From contig CM120643.1 of assembly GCA_051362555.1 (NCBI GenBank), forward strand, positions 4,030,001 to 4,094,000: 64,000 nucleotides of DNA, read 5' to 3'. Below the pieces are notes generated by a model. It saw only the letters and a list, made by a program, of their open reading frames with translations, was not told where the DNA came from and did not search any database. Within the stretch, counting starts at the first letter, position 1. Each line of letters starts with the position of its first letter. This stretch comes from Lingula anatina (lineage: Eukaryota; Animalia; Brachiopoda). Below, piece by piece: positions 23,702 through 37,279 of this stretch. The translations under genes were made by a program, and so were the position numbers.

Positions 23702-25102
23702 TAAGTAGTTGTGACATTTTGTCTCTTTTACCCACTGTACACTCAAGAAACATCAGAAACATCAGATCAAATATGATAAGGAAATCATTTTCCAAATAGT
23801 AAACCTAAAGATGTACTAACAAAATGAAATGATCCAAATTGAATAGTGTGAAATGGGTTATTGTCTAAGCTTTGAAGATTTTATAAGCTAAATTTTTTAC
23901 TTCTAATACTAGGATAATTTTAAAAAATCATATTTAAAAATGTCCATAAAAACTAAATGAAACAAAATACATAGAAGACTTTCTTGATTTCTTACACAGT
24001 AAATAACCATCTATTCTGAAGCCATCTCACATGAGGTGTTGCAGTTAAAGCAGCAGCTACAGAGGAAATGTAAGATCTTGAACAAAAAGTGGCAGTGCAT
24101 TTCAAGTAATGGTTTAACTGAAATATTATTATTAGAAAACTGTTTGAACTAATGTCTTCAAACTTAGGAACTGATAAATCTAGTTTTACATTTTTTTCAA
24201 AAATCATGCTGGTTTCTGTTTTTATTTCAACATGAATGGAATACAGATAACACATTTTGAGGAAAAACTATTTGGCCTATTTTTTTACTAATTTAGGTTT
24301 GACCTGGAAATTCCGTGTTCCTGAAGACCTTTTGCTTGTCACAATTCCTGAATATCTAGGTTACCTGCTGTGCATAATTAAAACTGGTGGTGATTATGCT
24401 GTTAAGCATTTTGTAATATTACATTAAAATTGACAAAACCCGTATTTTGGTCACTGCCACTATAAAGCCTTACCCTCTACCAGAGCCACAGGTTGCTTTT
24501 TCACAAGATATTCACAGATGTGTCTTATAAATAGATAGACATTTGACTTTGGAAATGTGAAAAATGTGCCTTGAATATCTGCCACCCTGGTAGAGGCTAA
24601 TGAAGACCATTTATATTAAGGAAAACCTTCTTACTAATTATTCTCATACTCAAAGAAAAGATTAATAGGGCTGATATACAGCTTTATTTAAAAAAACAGC
24701 CTATCAGTAATAGAATTCTTTTATTGCAGAAATGCAGATTTTTGTGAAATGCACATGAAAAGAAAGAGTCAAAAATTCACTCAAGTTCCATTGATTGAGT
24801 TGCATTGATTTTTTGCATCAACAGTTCACCTCTTATATCTTAAAATGTGTCATGTTGTTGTCATATTGTTCTTATCAAACAGACAATTGGATTTGTTTTG
24901 ATAATTAGCCTTTATTCATGAGATACTTATTAAGTTGATAGCAGTAGATTTACCTTGAGCTGTAGAGGATCCTTGGACAATTCCCCCCAGGACATCCCCC
25001 CCTCCCCCCCCCCCCCCCAGGACAATTCTCCCCTGGATGATTCGCCCCCCCCCCCCCAAGAAATATATATTAATATACAAATATAAAGTAAATTAGTGTT
25101 AA

Positions 25103-25441
25103 AGGGGTAATAACTCTTCATTTTGGCTAAAAAAAAAAGAATTTTCCTAGAGTAAACAACAATTTTCCCATACTTGCCAATGGTTAATGAATCTATTTTT
25201 ACATTCAAAGTTAGTCCCTGTTTTTTTCCAAAAAGTTTGGTTTTTTGTTAAAATCTCTTAAGAGATTATAACAGAGTATCGCCGTCAATGGAGGTCACAT
25301 GGTCTGAAGACAAGCTCAGATATCAGAATAATAGCTATAACTGCCATTTTTGTGGTAAAACAGAATATATTATATTTCTATGAGTTGTTCTCAATGTTTT
25401 TATTGTGAAATATAGAGCTCATACGAAGAGTTATTACCCCT
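25103..25441. mobile_element. Kolobok-like MITE (TTAA TSD) nested in the foldback left arm
   Basis: TTAA|AGGGGTAATAACTCTTC ... GAAGAGTTATTACCCCT|TTAA, a perfect 17-bp TIR. Confidence 0.9.
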
Positions 25442-25654
25442 TTAAGTTCAAAGCATTTCATCCAATTTATTAATGTTTTTAGCGCGATAATACAACTTCA
25501 TCATTAAATAAATTACATAACAAAGTCCTTTTTTGTTGAGTACAAGTACAGAAAGTATTATTACAAATCAAAGTATAACCACCTATCCTCCAGGTAAAAG
25601 TGGGGAAATAGATGAACAGGTAAACGGATATTTTATGAATATTTTCAGTGTGAC

Positions 25655-25963
25655 AGGTAGTGGGTAGGTGGTTAGTAGGTAGTGGGTAGTGGGTAGTAGG
25701 TAGGTGGGTAGTGGGTAGGTGGGTAATAGGTAGGTGGGTAGTAGGTAGTGGGTAGGTGGGTAGTAGGTAGGTGGGTAGTGGGTAGTAGGTAGTGGGTAGG
25801 TGGGTAGTAGGTAGTGGGTAGGTGGGTAGTAGGTAGTGGGTAGTAGGTAGTGGGTAGGTGGGTAGTAGGTAGGTGGGTAGTAGGTAGTGGGTAGGTGGGT
25901 AGTAGGTAGTGGGTAGTAGGTAGTGGGTAGGTGGGTAGTAGGTAGTGGGTAGGTGGGTAGTAG
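25655..25963 (+). repeat. G-rich compound simple repeat (GGGTA/GGTA/GTA)n
   Basis: About 310 bp built almost entirely from GTGGGTAG, GTAGGTAG and GGTGGGTA words. It generates the spurious TTHLP/YYPP ORFs. Confidence 0.95.
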
Positions 25964-26729
25964 TCAAGCAATTAAAAGTGACAGATAACCAAAGGGATAC
26001 CTAGATAAGCGAGAATCCCCTTCTCTCCCTAGAGATTCAAGGCTTACTTAATCAAAGGGGGAGTAAGGGGGAGCAATTAAAAGTAACAGTTAATTCATCA
26101 AAGGGTGGTTACCTGGATGAGTGAGATCATCTGTTTACCCCAATTTTTACCTGGAAATATACTTTGATCAAATTTTTGATTAAATTTTCTGTACTTCCAC
26201 TTCTAAAATTTTCTGTACTTGTAAATGATTTGTTTAATGAAATTAGCATTCTCTATCCTTGAGTTGCATCATCACACTAAGAAATATTCATAAAATGGAT
26301 GAAAAGATTTGAACTTTATACTCTTTCCTTTATAATTTTACATAAATATATATTTCTTGGGGAGGGGGGGGGGTCCAGGGGGGAACTGTCTGGGGGGAAA
26401 TGGTCCTGATGTGACAAGCCGTTGGCCACTGTAAATATGAACATATAGGAGGCCATAAAATCACCATTTATCTCACTAAAGAATATCGTTAAAAGGTTTT
26501 TAATGAACGTCTTTTGGCACGTCAGTTCCTCCATCTACCGATCCGAAATAACAGAAGATCATTCTGTACAAATGTAGAATGAAGTTGTTCATATATCTGC
26601 AATAAGAAGTATTACTTACAATGTACAATACCTTAGTGTGAGACTGTTTTTCATTTGTGTCATACTACACTGTTTTACATTTGCCGAGCAAAGAGAGACA
26701 CATTTTATATTGATGAGTGTCTTCACAAA

Positions 26730-27249
26730 ATGATTTAAAAAGGCAAGACAGCGAATGTACTTTTTAAGGAAATTGAAAGCTTTTACCAGGAATGTGTCTA
26801 TTTTAACGAACTTTTATAGATGTGTTTTGAAAAAGTATTTTAATTTACACTGTAACTGTTTGGTATGGGCGTGCAACTGTAGAGGATAAAAAACAACTAG
26901 AAAAGATTGTTGAAACGGCAGGTAATGTAACTGGAACGAATCTTACTCCCATTCATTCCATTTATCTCGATGGGGTTAAAAATAAAACAGCTTCCATCAT
27001 GACTGATCCAGCTCAAACCCTATTCAAATTTTTACAGTAACTCAAGGCTTTTAGTTTTTAAGGGCAGTAAGCGATTTTTATCTAGCTTTTATCCTTCAGC
27101 AGTAGCTCTTTTTAACGCTAATACGTAATTTCATTTTAGTACATTTAAAAAGTTTTATTCAATAATGGTGCTATTACAGGGCAAAAAATTCCAGATGTTA
27201 TACATTTGTATTTTATTGGTTTAATAAATTATTATCTATTATCTATCTA
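26730..27249 (+). mobile_element. Rex1/Babar-like LINE, 5'-truncated 3' fragment (frameshifted)
   Basis: Manual translation KKARQRMYFLRKLKAF...LTNFYRCVL/SILIYTVTVWYGRATVEDKKQLEKIVETA...RFLSSFYPSAVALFN, the characteristic Rex1 post-RT region. Followed by AATAAA and a (TATC)-type tail. Confidence 0.85.
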
Positions 27250-27874
27250 ATTTGCAAAATCTTGTTATTTCAACTTTCTTTCGAACTGGTCATTGTAAGT
27301 GACGCCACATTCTACAAAAATGATGCTACCACATTCAAAAAGGACATCCTTTTTTCAAAAAAGTCAAAAAAATTACATTGTAGTGTAATACCACGATCTA
27401 ACGTTAAATAAGTACTCTCTCTCTCTCTCTCTCTCTCGAGCGCGCGTACGTACTCGCATTCAAAAGCAACAAAGTCACAGACAGACTACACCTATTCCCT
27501 GTGCACCTACAGTAACTATGGCAACCTTTCCTGAGCTTTGTACAGATAAATGTTAGTTTTTCTGCTGGCACAGATATTCACACGGCTTTATGTGTTACTT
27601 TAAGAAAGGGAGTCATTCTTCTGAAATTTCCCTGAATATTACCCCTTAGGAGGTTAAATGGGTACAGCCAAGAAGGTGGCCTACTAAGAACTCGCTGGCC
27701 TAAAAGATCTCGAATAATTGTCAAAACTTGGCAAATTTTGCAGATTAATGTAATTTCGGAGGAGATTAAAGTCCTGGAATAATGATGAAGACAAATGTTG
27801 AATTTACTTGCTTCACCTTTGTCGTGCTGACATTTTTCTTTGTAGCCTCTAATGTCAGAATACAGCTCTATATA

Positions 27875-27875
<1 letters not shown>

Positions 27876-27911
<36 letters not shown>

Positions 27912-27935
27912 TAGAAAGAGAGAGAGAGAGAGAGA
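27876..27935. repeat. Compound (CA)n/(GA)n microsatellite
   Basis: Direct reading. Another (CT)n lies at ~27415-27437. Confidence 0.9.
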
Positions 27936-30221
27936 CGCTTTTCCTGCATTAACATTACACTGTAAATGGGCACAAAGCTGAATTTTTTTCCAGTGAAAAA
28001 GGTAATTTTTGTGTAATCTGTGTTGACGATATATTGTTTACGGCTTCATTTGCCTTTCATATCGTTATTTTTCTACTGGTTATATCAATATAATAAAGAT
28101 GAAGGTGAAAGTTCAGTGTCCTGATTCCACCCTCCTTCGATTTCTGAAAAAAAAACACTATTGAAATTAGAATTTTGACCAGCTGAATTATAGTTCTAAA
28201 CCGTATCAAATGACACCGTTCGCACTCTGAAATAGCACAATATTTCAATGAGGGTGGAGGAGGGGGTAGACTATGAGACTTAGCTTCGCATCCGCGGCCT
28301 GTCAATCTTAAAACTAGTGGAAGCAAGTTCATGCTTTGTCCTTTCGAGAAACAAATGATCATCAACTTCTCACATTGCAATTTAGAATTTTACATAGAAT
28401 TTATTTCACGAATTCGATGCTTTTTAAATATGATATGTTAGGACATGAGTGATGCACTTTCTGTAATGACCCAAAAGAAACTTTATTACATATTTTCTGG
28501 GATTGTACACATGGTCAAGCTATTTGGACTTATCTCATTCAGAACCTACGTACACAGTACTCTGTTGAATTACAACAACAACCTTGCCTGTTTATATTTG
28601 GAATCCTGGACGACAGCCCCCTCTTAGGTATTAATCTACTACTTCTTTATATAAAGAAATATTTAACTCTATGTAGACAGAATAAAATTACACCTCTCTG
28701 GAATGCTGCAAAAAGTATTTGGAAAAGCAAAAGAAAATAGATTTTCAGTCTTTGTACCTACTGGGTCCTCAAAAGGCAGATGATCTAAGAAAAAATGGGA
28801 ATGTGTAGAAAAAATATTTATATGAATAGGAAAGAACATTTGTCATGGCCTAGGCCTACTAAGATTCCTTTATTTTAAAAAATTCTACATGTATTTTTAA
28901 TCATTTGTAAGAACATTTTTTGCAGTGTGTGAATGGTGGAAGGTGTCTTTGTCTCTCATTGTGTTGTAATTTTCGTGAATAAAAAAAATAATTTTTTTTT
29001 AAAAAAATAAAAAAAAATTTAAAAAACTATTCTTTAATAGCTACAAGTAATTTTTGTTGTTTGTTCTAAATAATGCTTGTAAAAATGAAGACTCGGACAC
29101 AAAACACAGACTTCTTTCAGGTTGTTTTACTTCAAGTGTAGCATAGTTGGTGCCTAAGATAAAGCTTAGTTAGCTTGTTGCCCAATTGGCTCAATTTTTG
29201 GGGTCCACCCCTAGCCTTGTAGTAGACAAAAAATGTGACCCACTCCTGTTCCCCCCCCCTCCTCCCCCCCCCCCCCCCCCCCCCCCCCCCGTACACTGTA
29301 CTTATCAGTCCCTCAATATTAAGAGATATAGCAATTACTTTTTATAAGCATCTCAGTAATAGAAATTGTTAATTCATAAAAAGGAAAATGGATACAGACT
29401 ATAAATATAAGTAATCTAACAGTGTGTAGAGGGTGCACGTTGTCTGCCCACTGGATAGGGCATACATGTAGAACACATTGGAGTAGAGGGAGGGGGGGTA
29501 CTCTCAGGACCTTCTGGCTGTTACTAAATTCATCCCAGGAACGAGTCGAGCAATGGTTCATAATAAGAAAAAATCTCGAGGAAAATTTGATTTAGAAGAT
29601 TCAATAATTTTTCACTGTTATTAATATTATCAAATGATTTGGTATCAAAATATAGAATAATCAAAAATACGACCTTTGAAATCTCTAGTCTGGGCTTCAC
29701 TTCCTGTCGGCTTTATTACTAAAGACAATCTAATTTGCATATAAGAGAAAAATGCAGTTTTTTGTTTGTTTTAGGTTCTTTACACATTTTTTTCATAATT
29801 TTCAAATATAAAAGTTCCTTTTTTACTGACATACTTATGAATATTTTACCAATACGCGTAGTTTATTAAGATAAACAATCATAAATAACTATCACATCCC
29901 AAGTGTATATGACGTAATCCCTCCCAAGTCATAAAAGTGGTAAAATAGTAATGATTGCCGCCCTGGTAAAGTAGGTCAATTGCCTGTATAATTCTCCCAT
30001 ACGTTTATCGATTTTTTTCTTGTGTGGAACATTTTAGGGGGAAGATGTTGAAAAAAAGTTATCAAGTTACCAAAAAATATTTGACAATTATGAAGTTACT
30101 GAAAGCAAAGTATATTGCAATATTTTAGAAAGTTAAAAAAAAAAGAACCTCAATTATTTAATTTCACAGCGTACAACTTTGCAGATATGATGAGACCTTT
30201 CTATTTCATCTGCCTCTCCCT

Positions 30222-30230
30222 AAAATGGCG
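30222..30230 (+). promoter_or_regulatory. YY1-type motif in a CpG-rich patch; candidate promoter of the decayed Ulp1-PHD gene
   Basis: AAAATGGCG followed by CpG-rich 30230-30380 and a strong donor CAG|GTAAGC at ~30578. Confidence 0.3.
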
Positions 30231-31212
30231 CTGACCGCGTTAACTCTTCAGCTCCCGGGAAACGCAGAGAATCCAGCGCGTTGTGGCAGCATGAGAACTG
30301 GCAATGATACGTACACATAGGAGCCGGAGTGGGTTAGGAGGGGGTTAATCCCCCCCCTCTCACGCACACATTTTCCAATCAGCGGGGAGAGTATGTGATG
30401 AACTAACATTTTAATCTTTCCCTCAGCTCCATGGCGTAAATAAAGAAGCAAAACTATGTGCTTGCAGCACTATTTCTACCCAGCAACCCAAGTCTCTACT
30501 TGAGAACAATGAGTGGGTCACTCGTAGTGGACAGTGGTCAACAAGTCACGAAGACAGCACTGCCATGGGGACACTCAGGTAAGCTGGCCATTAGTGATGG
30601 GGTCATCAGTTGACCACAATACAGAGGTCACTTTCAGTGTCATATTTGCATTTTCATAGATTTTAAGTTTGTATATATCATAATCAGTAATTACCAGTGC
30701 ATATAAAAACCATTGAGAGCAGAGGGATGGGTTAGCCTTATTTTCACCACTCAATTTACCATTTTTTGACATTTTGATTTGTTCTTTATAGTATATGTAG
30801 ATTTATTATGATGATGATGATGCTAGAATTTCATTTGTTGACTAACTGTTACAGAATGTTGCCAGTGTTAGGTGGACTGTTCTGTCCAGTTGATAACAAC
30901 TTAAAATTTTGAAATGACACTCTTTGAATAGGGAGAGAAGAGGGATTGTAGAAATTCACCAGGTTAGGTGATTAACAACAATTTGTAGAATTTTACAATT
31001 TATAGTGAAAGAAAGACAAATGGAGTAAAATGTGAATAATGATTTTTTGCAAATTTATTACTTGACATGCAATTGACATATTTGTAATGGAGATTAAGAA
31101 CTAATTTGACATTTCTAGAAGCTGAGGGAGCCAAGAAACAAAAAAATGGATTTTGGTTATGATCCATTTCTTTATAATTAGTTAATGAAGAAAATAAATT
31201 AATAATAAAGAG

Positions 31213-31251
<39 letters not shown>

Positions 31252-31349
31252 GAGAAAGAGAGAAAGAGAAACGGCAAAGAAAGTAAGAGAGCCAAAGAGA
31301 GAGAGGAGAGAGAAAGTTTCTGAGTGTGTGTTTGAGAGAGAATCAGTGA

Positions 31350-34300
31350 GAACACATTCAGAACAGCAGACTAGATCCACAGAACACATTGAGAACAGTA
31401 GACTAGATCCACAGAACACATTCAGAACAGGGGACTAGATCCACAGAACACATTCAGAACAGTAGACTAGATCCACAGAACACATTCAGAACAGCAGACT
31501 AGATCCACAGAACACATTCAGAACAGTAGACTAGATCCACAGAACACATTCAGAACAGTAGACTAGATCCACAGAACACATTCAGAACAGTAGACTAGAT
31601 CCACAGAACACATTCAGAACAGCAGACTAGATCCACAGAGCACATTCAGAACAGTAGACTAGATCCACAGAGCACATTCAGAACAGTAGACTAGATCCAC
31701 AGAGCACATTCAGAACAGTAGACTAGATCCACAGAGCACATTCAGAACATTAGACTAGATCCACAGAGCACATTCAGAATAGTAGACTAAATCCACAGAG
31801 CACATTCAGAACAGTAGACTAGATCCACAGAGCACATTCAGAACAGTAGACTAGATCCACAGAACACATTCGGAATAGTAGACTAGATCCACACAGCACA
31901 TTCAGAACAGTAGACTAGATCCACAGAGCACATTCAGAACAGTAGACTAGATCCACAGAGCACATTCAGAACATTAGACTAGATCCACAGAGCACATTCA
32001 GAATAGTAGACTAGATCCACAGAGCACATTCAGAACAGCAGACTAGATCTACAGAGCACATTCAGAACAGCAGACTAGATCCACAGAACACATTCAGAAC
32101 AGTAGACTAGATCCACAGAGCACATTCAGAACAGTAGACTAGATCCACAGAGCACATTCAGAACAGTAGACTAGATCCACAGAGCACATTCAGAACAGTA
32201 GACTAGATCCACAGAACACATTCAGAACAGTAGACTAGATCCACAGAGCACATTCAGAACAGTAGACTAGATCCACAGAGCACATTCAGAACAGTAGACT
32301 AGATCCACAGAACACATTCAGAACAGTAGACTAGATCTACAGAACACATTCAGAACAGTAGACTAGATCCACAGAACACATTCAGAACAGCAGACTAGAT
32401 CTACAGAACACATTCAGAACAGTAGACTAGATCCACAGAACACATTCAGAACAGTAGACTAGATCTACAGAACACATTCAGAACAGTAGACTAGATCTAC
32501 AGAACACATTCAGAACAGTAGACTAGATCCACAGAACACATTCAGAACAGTAGACTAGATCCACAGAGTACATTCAGAACAGTAGACTAGATCCACAGAA
32601 CACATTCAGAACAGTAGACTACATCCACAGAGCACATTCAGAACAGCAGACTAGATCCACAGAGCACATTCAGAACAGCAGACTAGATCCACAGAACACA
32701 TTCAGAACAGTAGACTAGATCCACAGAACACATTCAGAACAACAGACTAGATCCACAGAACACATTCAGAACAATAGACTAGATCCACAGAACACATTCA
32801 GAACAGTAGACTAGATCTACAGAGCACATTCAGAACAGCAGACTAGATCCACAGAACACATTCAGAACAGCAGACTAGATCCACAGAACACATTCAGAAC
32901 AGCAGACTAGATCCACAGAACACATTCAGAACAGTAGACTAGATCCACAGAACACATTCAGAACAACAGACTAGATCCACAGAACACCTCCAGAACAGTA
33001 GACTAGATCCACAGAACACATTCAGAACAGTAGACTAGATCCACAGAGCACATTCAGAACAGTAGACTAGATCCACAGAGCACATTCAGAACAGTAGACT
33101 AGATCCACAGAACACATTCAGAACAGTAGACTAGATAGCACATTCAGAACAGTAGACTAGATAGCACATTCAGAACAGTAGACTAGATCCACAGAGCACA
33201 TTCAGAACAGTAGACTAGATCCACAGAGCACATTCAGAACAGTAGACTAGATCCACAGAGCACATTCAGAACAGTAGACTAGATAGCACATTCAGAACAG
33301 TAGACTAGATCCACAGAGCACATTCAGAACAGTAGACTAGATAGCACATTCAGAACAGTAGACTAGATCCACAGAGCACATTCAGAACAGCAGACTAGAT
33401 CCACAGAACACATTCAGAACAGTAGACTAGATCCACAGAGCACATTCAGAACAGCAGACTAGATCCACAGAACACATTCAGAACAGTAGACTAGATCCAC
33501 AGAAAACATTCAGAACAGTAGACTAGATCCACAGAAAACATTCAGAACAGTAGACTACATCCACAGAAAACATTCAGAACAGTAGACTAGATAGCACATT
33601 CAGAACAGTAGACTAGATCCACAGAGCACATTCAGAACAGCAGACTAGATCCACAGAGCATATTCAGAACAGCAGACTAGATCCACAGAGCACATTCAGA
33701 ACAGCAGACTAGATCCACAGAGCATATTCAGAACAGCAGACTAGATCCACAGAGCACATTCAGAACAGCAGACTAGATCCATAGAGCACATTCAGAACAG
33801 TAGACTAGATCCACAGAGCACATTCAGAACAGCAGACTAGATCCACAGAGCACATTCAGAACAGTAGACTAGATCCACAGAGCACATTCAGAACAGTAGA
33901 CTAGATCCACAGAGCACATTCAGAACAGTAGACTAGATAGCACATTCAGAACAGTAGACTAGATCCACAGAGCACATTCAGAACAGCAGACTAGATCCAC
34001 AGAAAACATTCAGAACAGTAGACTAGATCCACAGAGCACATTCAGAACAGTAGACTAGATCCACAGAGCACATTCAGAACAGTAGACTAGATCCACAGAG
34101 CACATTCAGAACAGTAGACTAGATAGCACATTCAGAACAGTAGACTAGATCCACAGAGCACATTCAGAACAGCAGACTAGATCCACAGAGCACATTCAGA
34201 ACAGTAGACTAGATCCACAGAGCACATTCAGAACAGTAGACTAGATCCACAGAACACATTCAGAACAGTAGACTAGATCCACAGAGCACATTCAGAACAG

Positions 34301-35767
34301 TAGACTAGATATTACATTCATAACAGTAGACTAGATCCACAGAACACATTCAGAACAGCAGACTAGATCCACAGAGCACATTCAGAACAGTAGACTAGAT
34401 CCACAGAGCATATTCAGAACAGCAGACTAGATCCACAGAGCACATTCAGAACAGTAGACTAGATCCACAGAGCACATTCAGAACAGTAGACTAGATCCAC
34501 AGAGCACATTCAGAACAGTAGACTAGATCCACAGAGCACATTCAGAACAGTAGACTAGATCCACAGAGCACATTCAGAACAGTAGACTAGATCCACAGAA
34601 CACATTCAGAACAGTAGACTAGATCCACAGAGCACATTCAGAACAGTAGACTAGATCCACAGAACACATTCAGAACAGTAGACTAGATCCACAGAGCACA
34701 TTCAGAACAGTAGACTAGATCCACAGAGCACATTCAGAACAGTAGACTAGATCCACAGAACACATTCAGAACAGTAGACTAGATAGCACATTCAGAACAG
34801 TAGACTACATCCACAGAGCACATTCAGAACAGTAGACTAGATCCACAGAGCACATTCAGAACATTAGACTAGATCCACAGAACACATTCAGAACAGTAGA
34901 CTAGATCCACAGAGCACATTCAGAACATTAGACTAGATCCACAGAACACATTCAGAACAGTAGACTAGATCCACAGAACACATTCAGAACAACAGACTAG
35001 ATTCACAGAGCACATTCAGAACAGTAGACTAGATCCACAGAGCACATTCAGAACATTAGACTAGATCCACAGAACACATTCAGAACAGTAGACTAGATCC
35101 ACAGAACACATTCAGAACAGTAGACTAGATCCACAGAACACATTCAGAACAGGAGACTAGATCCACAGAACACATTCAGAACAGTAGACTAGATCCACAG
35201 AACACATTCAGAACAGTAGACTAGATCCACAGAACACATTCAGAACAGTAGACTAGATCCACAGAACACATTCAGAACAGCAGACTAGATCCATAGAGCA
35301 CATTCAGAACAGTAGACTAGATCCACAGAATACATTCAGAACAGTAGACTAGATCTACAGAGCACATTCAGAACAGTAGACTAGATCCACAGAGCACATT
35401 CAGAACAGCAGACTAGATCCACAGAACACATTCAGAACAGTAGACTAGATCTACAGAGCACATTCAGAACAGTAGACTAGATCCACAGAACACATTCAGA
35501 ACAGTAGACTAGATCTACAGAGCACATTTAGAACAGTAGACTAGATCCACAGAGCACATTCAGAACATTAGACTAGATCCACAGAACACATTCAGAACAG
35601 TAGACTACATCCACAGAACACATTCAGAACAGTAGACTAGATCTACAGAGCACATTCAGAACAGTAGACTAGATCTACAGAGCACATTCAGAACAGTAGA
35701 CTAGATCCACAGAATACATTCAGAACAGTAGACTAGATCCACAGAGCACATTCAGAACAGGGGACTA
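31350..35767 (+). repeat. 32-bp minisatellite, roughly 135-140 copies
   Basis: Unit CAGAACAG(T/C)AGACTAGATCCACAGA(A/G)CACATT, head to tail with no spacers. A 26-bp deletion variant (lacking CCACAG) recurs between ~33130 and ~34790. Confidence 0.98.
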
Positions 35768-35782
35768 ACAAATATACCAAGC

Positions 35783-36295
35783 AGGGTGTAGTTAATCCTG
35801 TTGTTCTTACATCAGGACCATAGGATGTAGTTAATCCTGTAGTTCTTACATCAGGACCATAGGATGTAGTTAATCCTGTAGTTCTTACGTCAGGACCATA
35901 GGATGTTGTTAATCCTGTTGTTCTTACATCAGGACCATAGGATGTAGTTAATCCTGTTGTTCTTACATCAGGACCATAGGATGAAGTTAATCCTGTTGTT
36001 CTTACATCAGGACCATAGGATGTTGTTAATCCTGTTGTTCTTACATCAGGACCATAGGATGTTGTTAATCCTGTGTCTTACATCAGGACCATAGGATGTT
36101 GTTAATCCTGTTGTTCTTACATCAGGACCATAGGATGTATAGTTAATCCTGTTGTTCTAACATCAAGACCATAGGATGTAGTTAATCCTGTTGTTCTAAC
36201 ATCAAGACCATAGGATGTAGTTAATCCTGTTGTTCTTACATCAGGACCATAGGATGTAGTCAATCCTGTTGTTCTTACATCAGGACCATAAGATG
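35783..36295 (+). repeat. 39-bp minisatellite, ~13 copies
   Basis: Unit GTAGTTAATCCTGTTGTTCTTACATCAGGACCATAGGAT. Confidence 0.97.
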
Positions 36296-37279
36296 CAGGA
36301 CAAGAGGAGGCGTCTCTTCTGTTTTTGAAACAAGGTTGTTTTGAGGCTTAATAGTTTATTTAACTACCAATAATTGTACAGTGACAAAAGGTATCTTAAT
36401 TTACTGGGTATTCGACTTATTAAATAACTGAAATGGATATTCTCTTGCAAATTACAATGTCTATAACTTTTGCTTTATCTAATTTCATTGCTCATATTAT
36501 TTGGTAGCATTTGAGAATAAGTTTACTTCAGGGTTGAGATTTGCCCAAGAAGACATTCACACCTGGAAAGCAGAAGCTTGGATTTTTATTTCATGTTCTC
36601 CTCCATTGTATCACACTAAGTTTTTCTACTATGACCTGATACTGCAGTAACTTCTTTACAGTCTACCAAAGTACAGCATTTGATACAATAGAAATCCTGA
36701 GGCAAGATGGAGGTGCAGTGTGCCTTGTCTCCATGCGTCAGTTCAAATAAATACAACACATTTTGTTGATTCTTTGAATACATTCATTTTGATTCTCCAG
36801 ACTTTGTCTGCAGTGAAAATTTGTGGATATTATTCTGAGCAAAGTCTGGCAGTTAAAATTACTGTATACACAGTAATATTATAAAATTTAAGCAATTGGA
36901 AATTATATAAAATTAAATTATATATATAATATATCACTGTCACTATTGACACTCCAAGGTTGACAAGTCAGTAATGTTTATGACTAGTGTATTCATTTTT
37001 AAAGTACTTGAAATTCTTTTTAAAGTATTTGTTACTCTTTTTAAAGACTTTTTTAATTAAAATTTTATTTATGAATGCCATAATTTCCATAGTTTTGGTA
37101 ATTGAGTTGCATGCCCTTATAAATGAAAGTGGCATATATCAATTTCATTATATATCTAATCTTTATTTTTAGCAGTTATGTCTGTTAAAATGACTGATAT
37201 GGAAGGTGGTGGCTTCCAACTGGACAATGTTATATGTGGATAACCTGAGTAAATGGTAAGTGTTCTCAAGTTTTACTAA

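Larger units (their letters stand above)
24967..26412. mobile_element. Foldback-type element with ~300-bp degenerate inverted arms
   Basis: Several colinear inverted matches: CCCCAAGAAATATATATT (~25054) / AATATATATTTCTTGGGG (~26345); AAGTTCAAAGCATTTCATCC / GGATGAAAAGATTTGAACTT; TACAAGTACAGAAA / TTTCTGTACTTGTA; CCAGGTAAAA / TTTTACCTGG. Terminal GGACAATTCCCCCC modules. Confidence 0.7.

Noticed and set aside
25479-25971. T/H/L/P/Y-rich minus-strand ORFs (adhesive- or extensin-like), or a telomere-like repeat
   Set aside because: They are translations of a simple repeat, open in two frames, inside a foldback element. The repeat lacks TTAGGG/TTAGG units.
31000-31419. 139-aa minus-strand ORF and other 60-130-aa ORFs across the window
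   Set aside because: Mostly non-ATG starts, low-complexity or repeat-derived, with no recognisable motifs.
31350-36295. CRISPR-like appearance of the 32-bp and 39-bp arrays
   Set aside because: Units are head to tail with no unique spacers, there are no cas genes, and the context is eukaryotic.
35783-36295. Minus-strand repeat protein (SYGPDVRTTGLTT)n
   Set aside because: The unit is stop-free in one minus frame, but the indels at ~36074 and ~36139 shift into stop-containing frames, and no start or splice context supports it.
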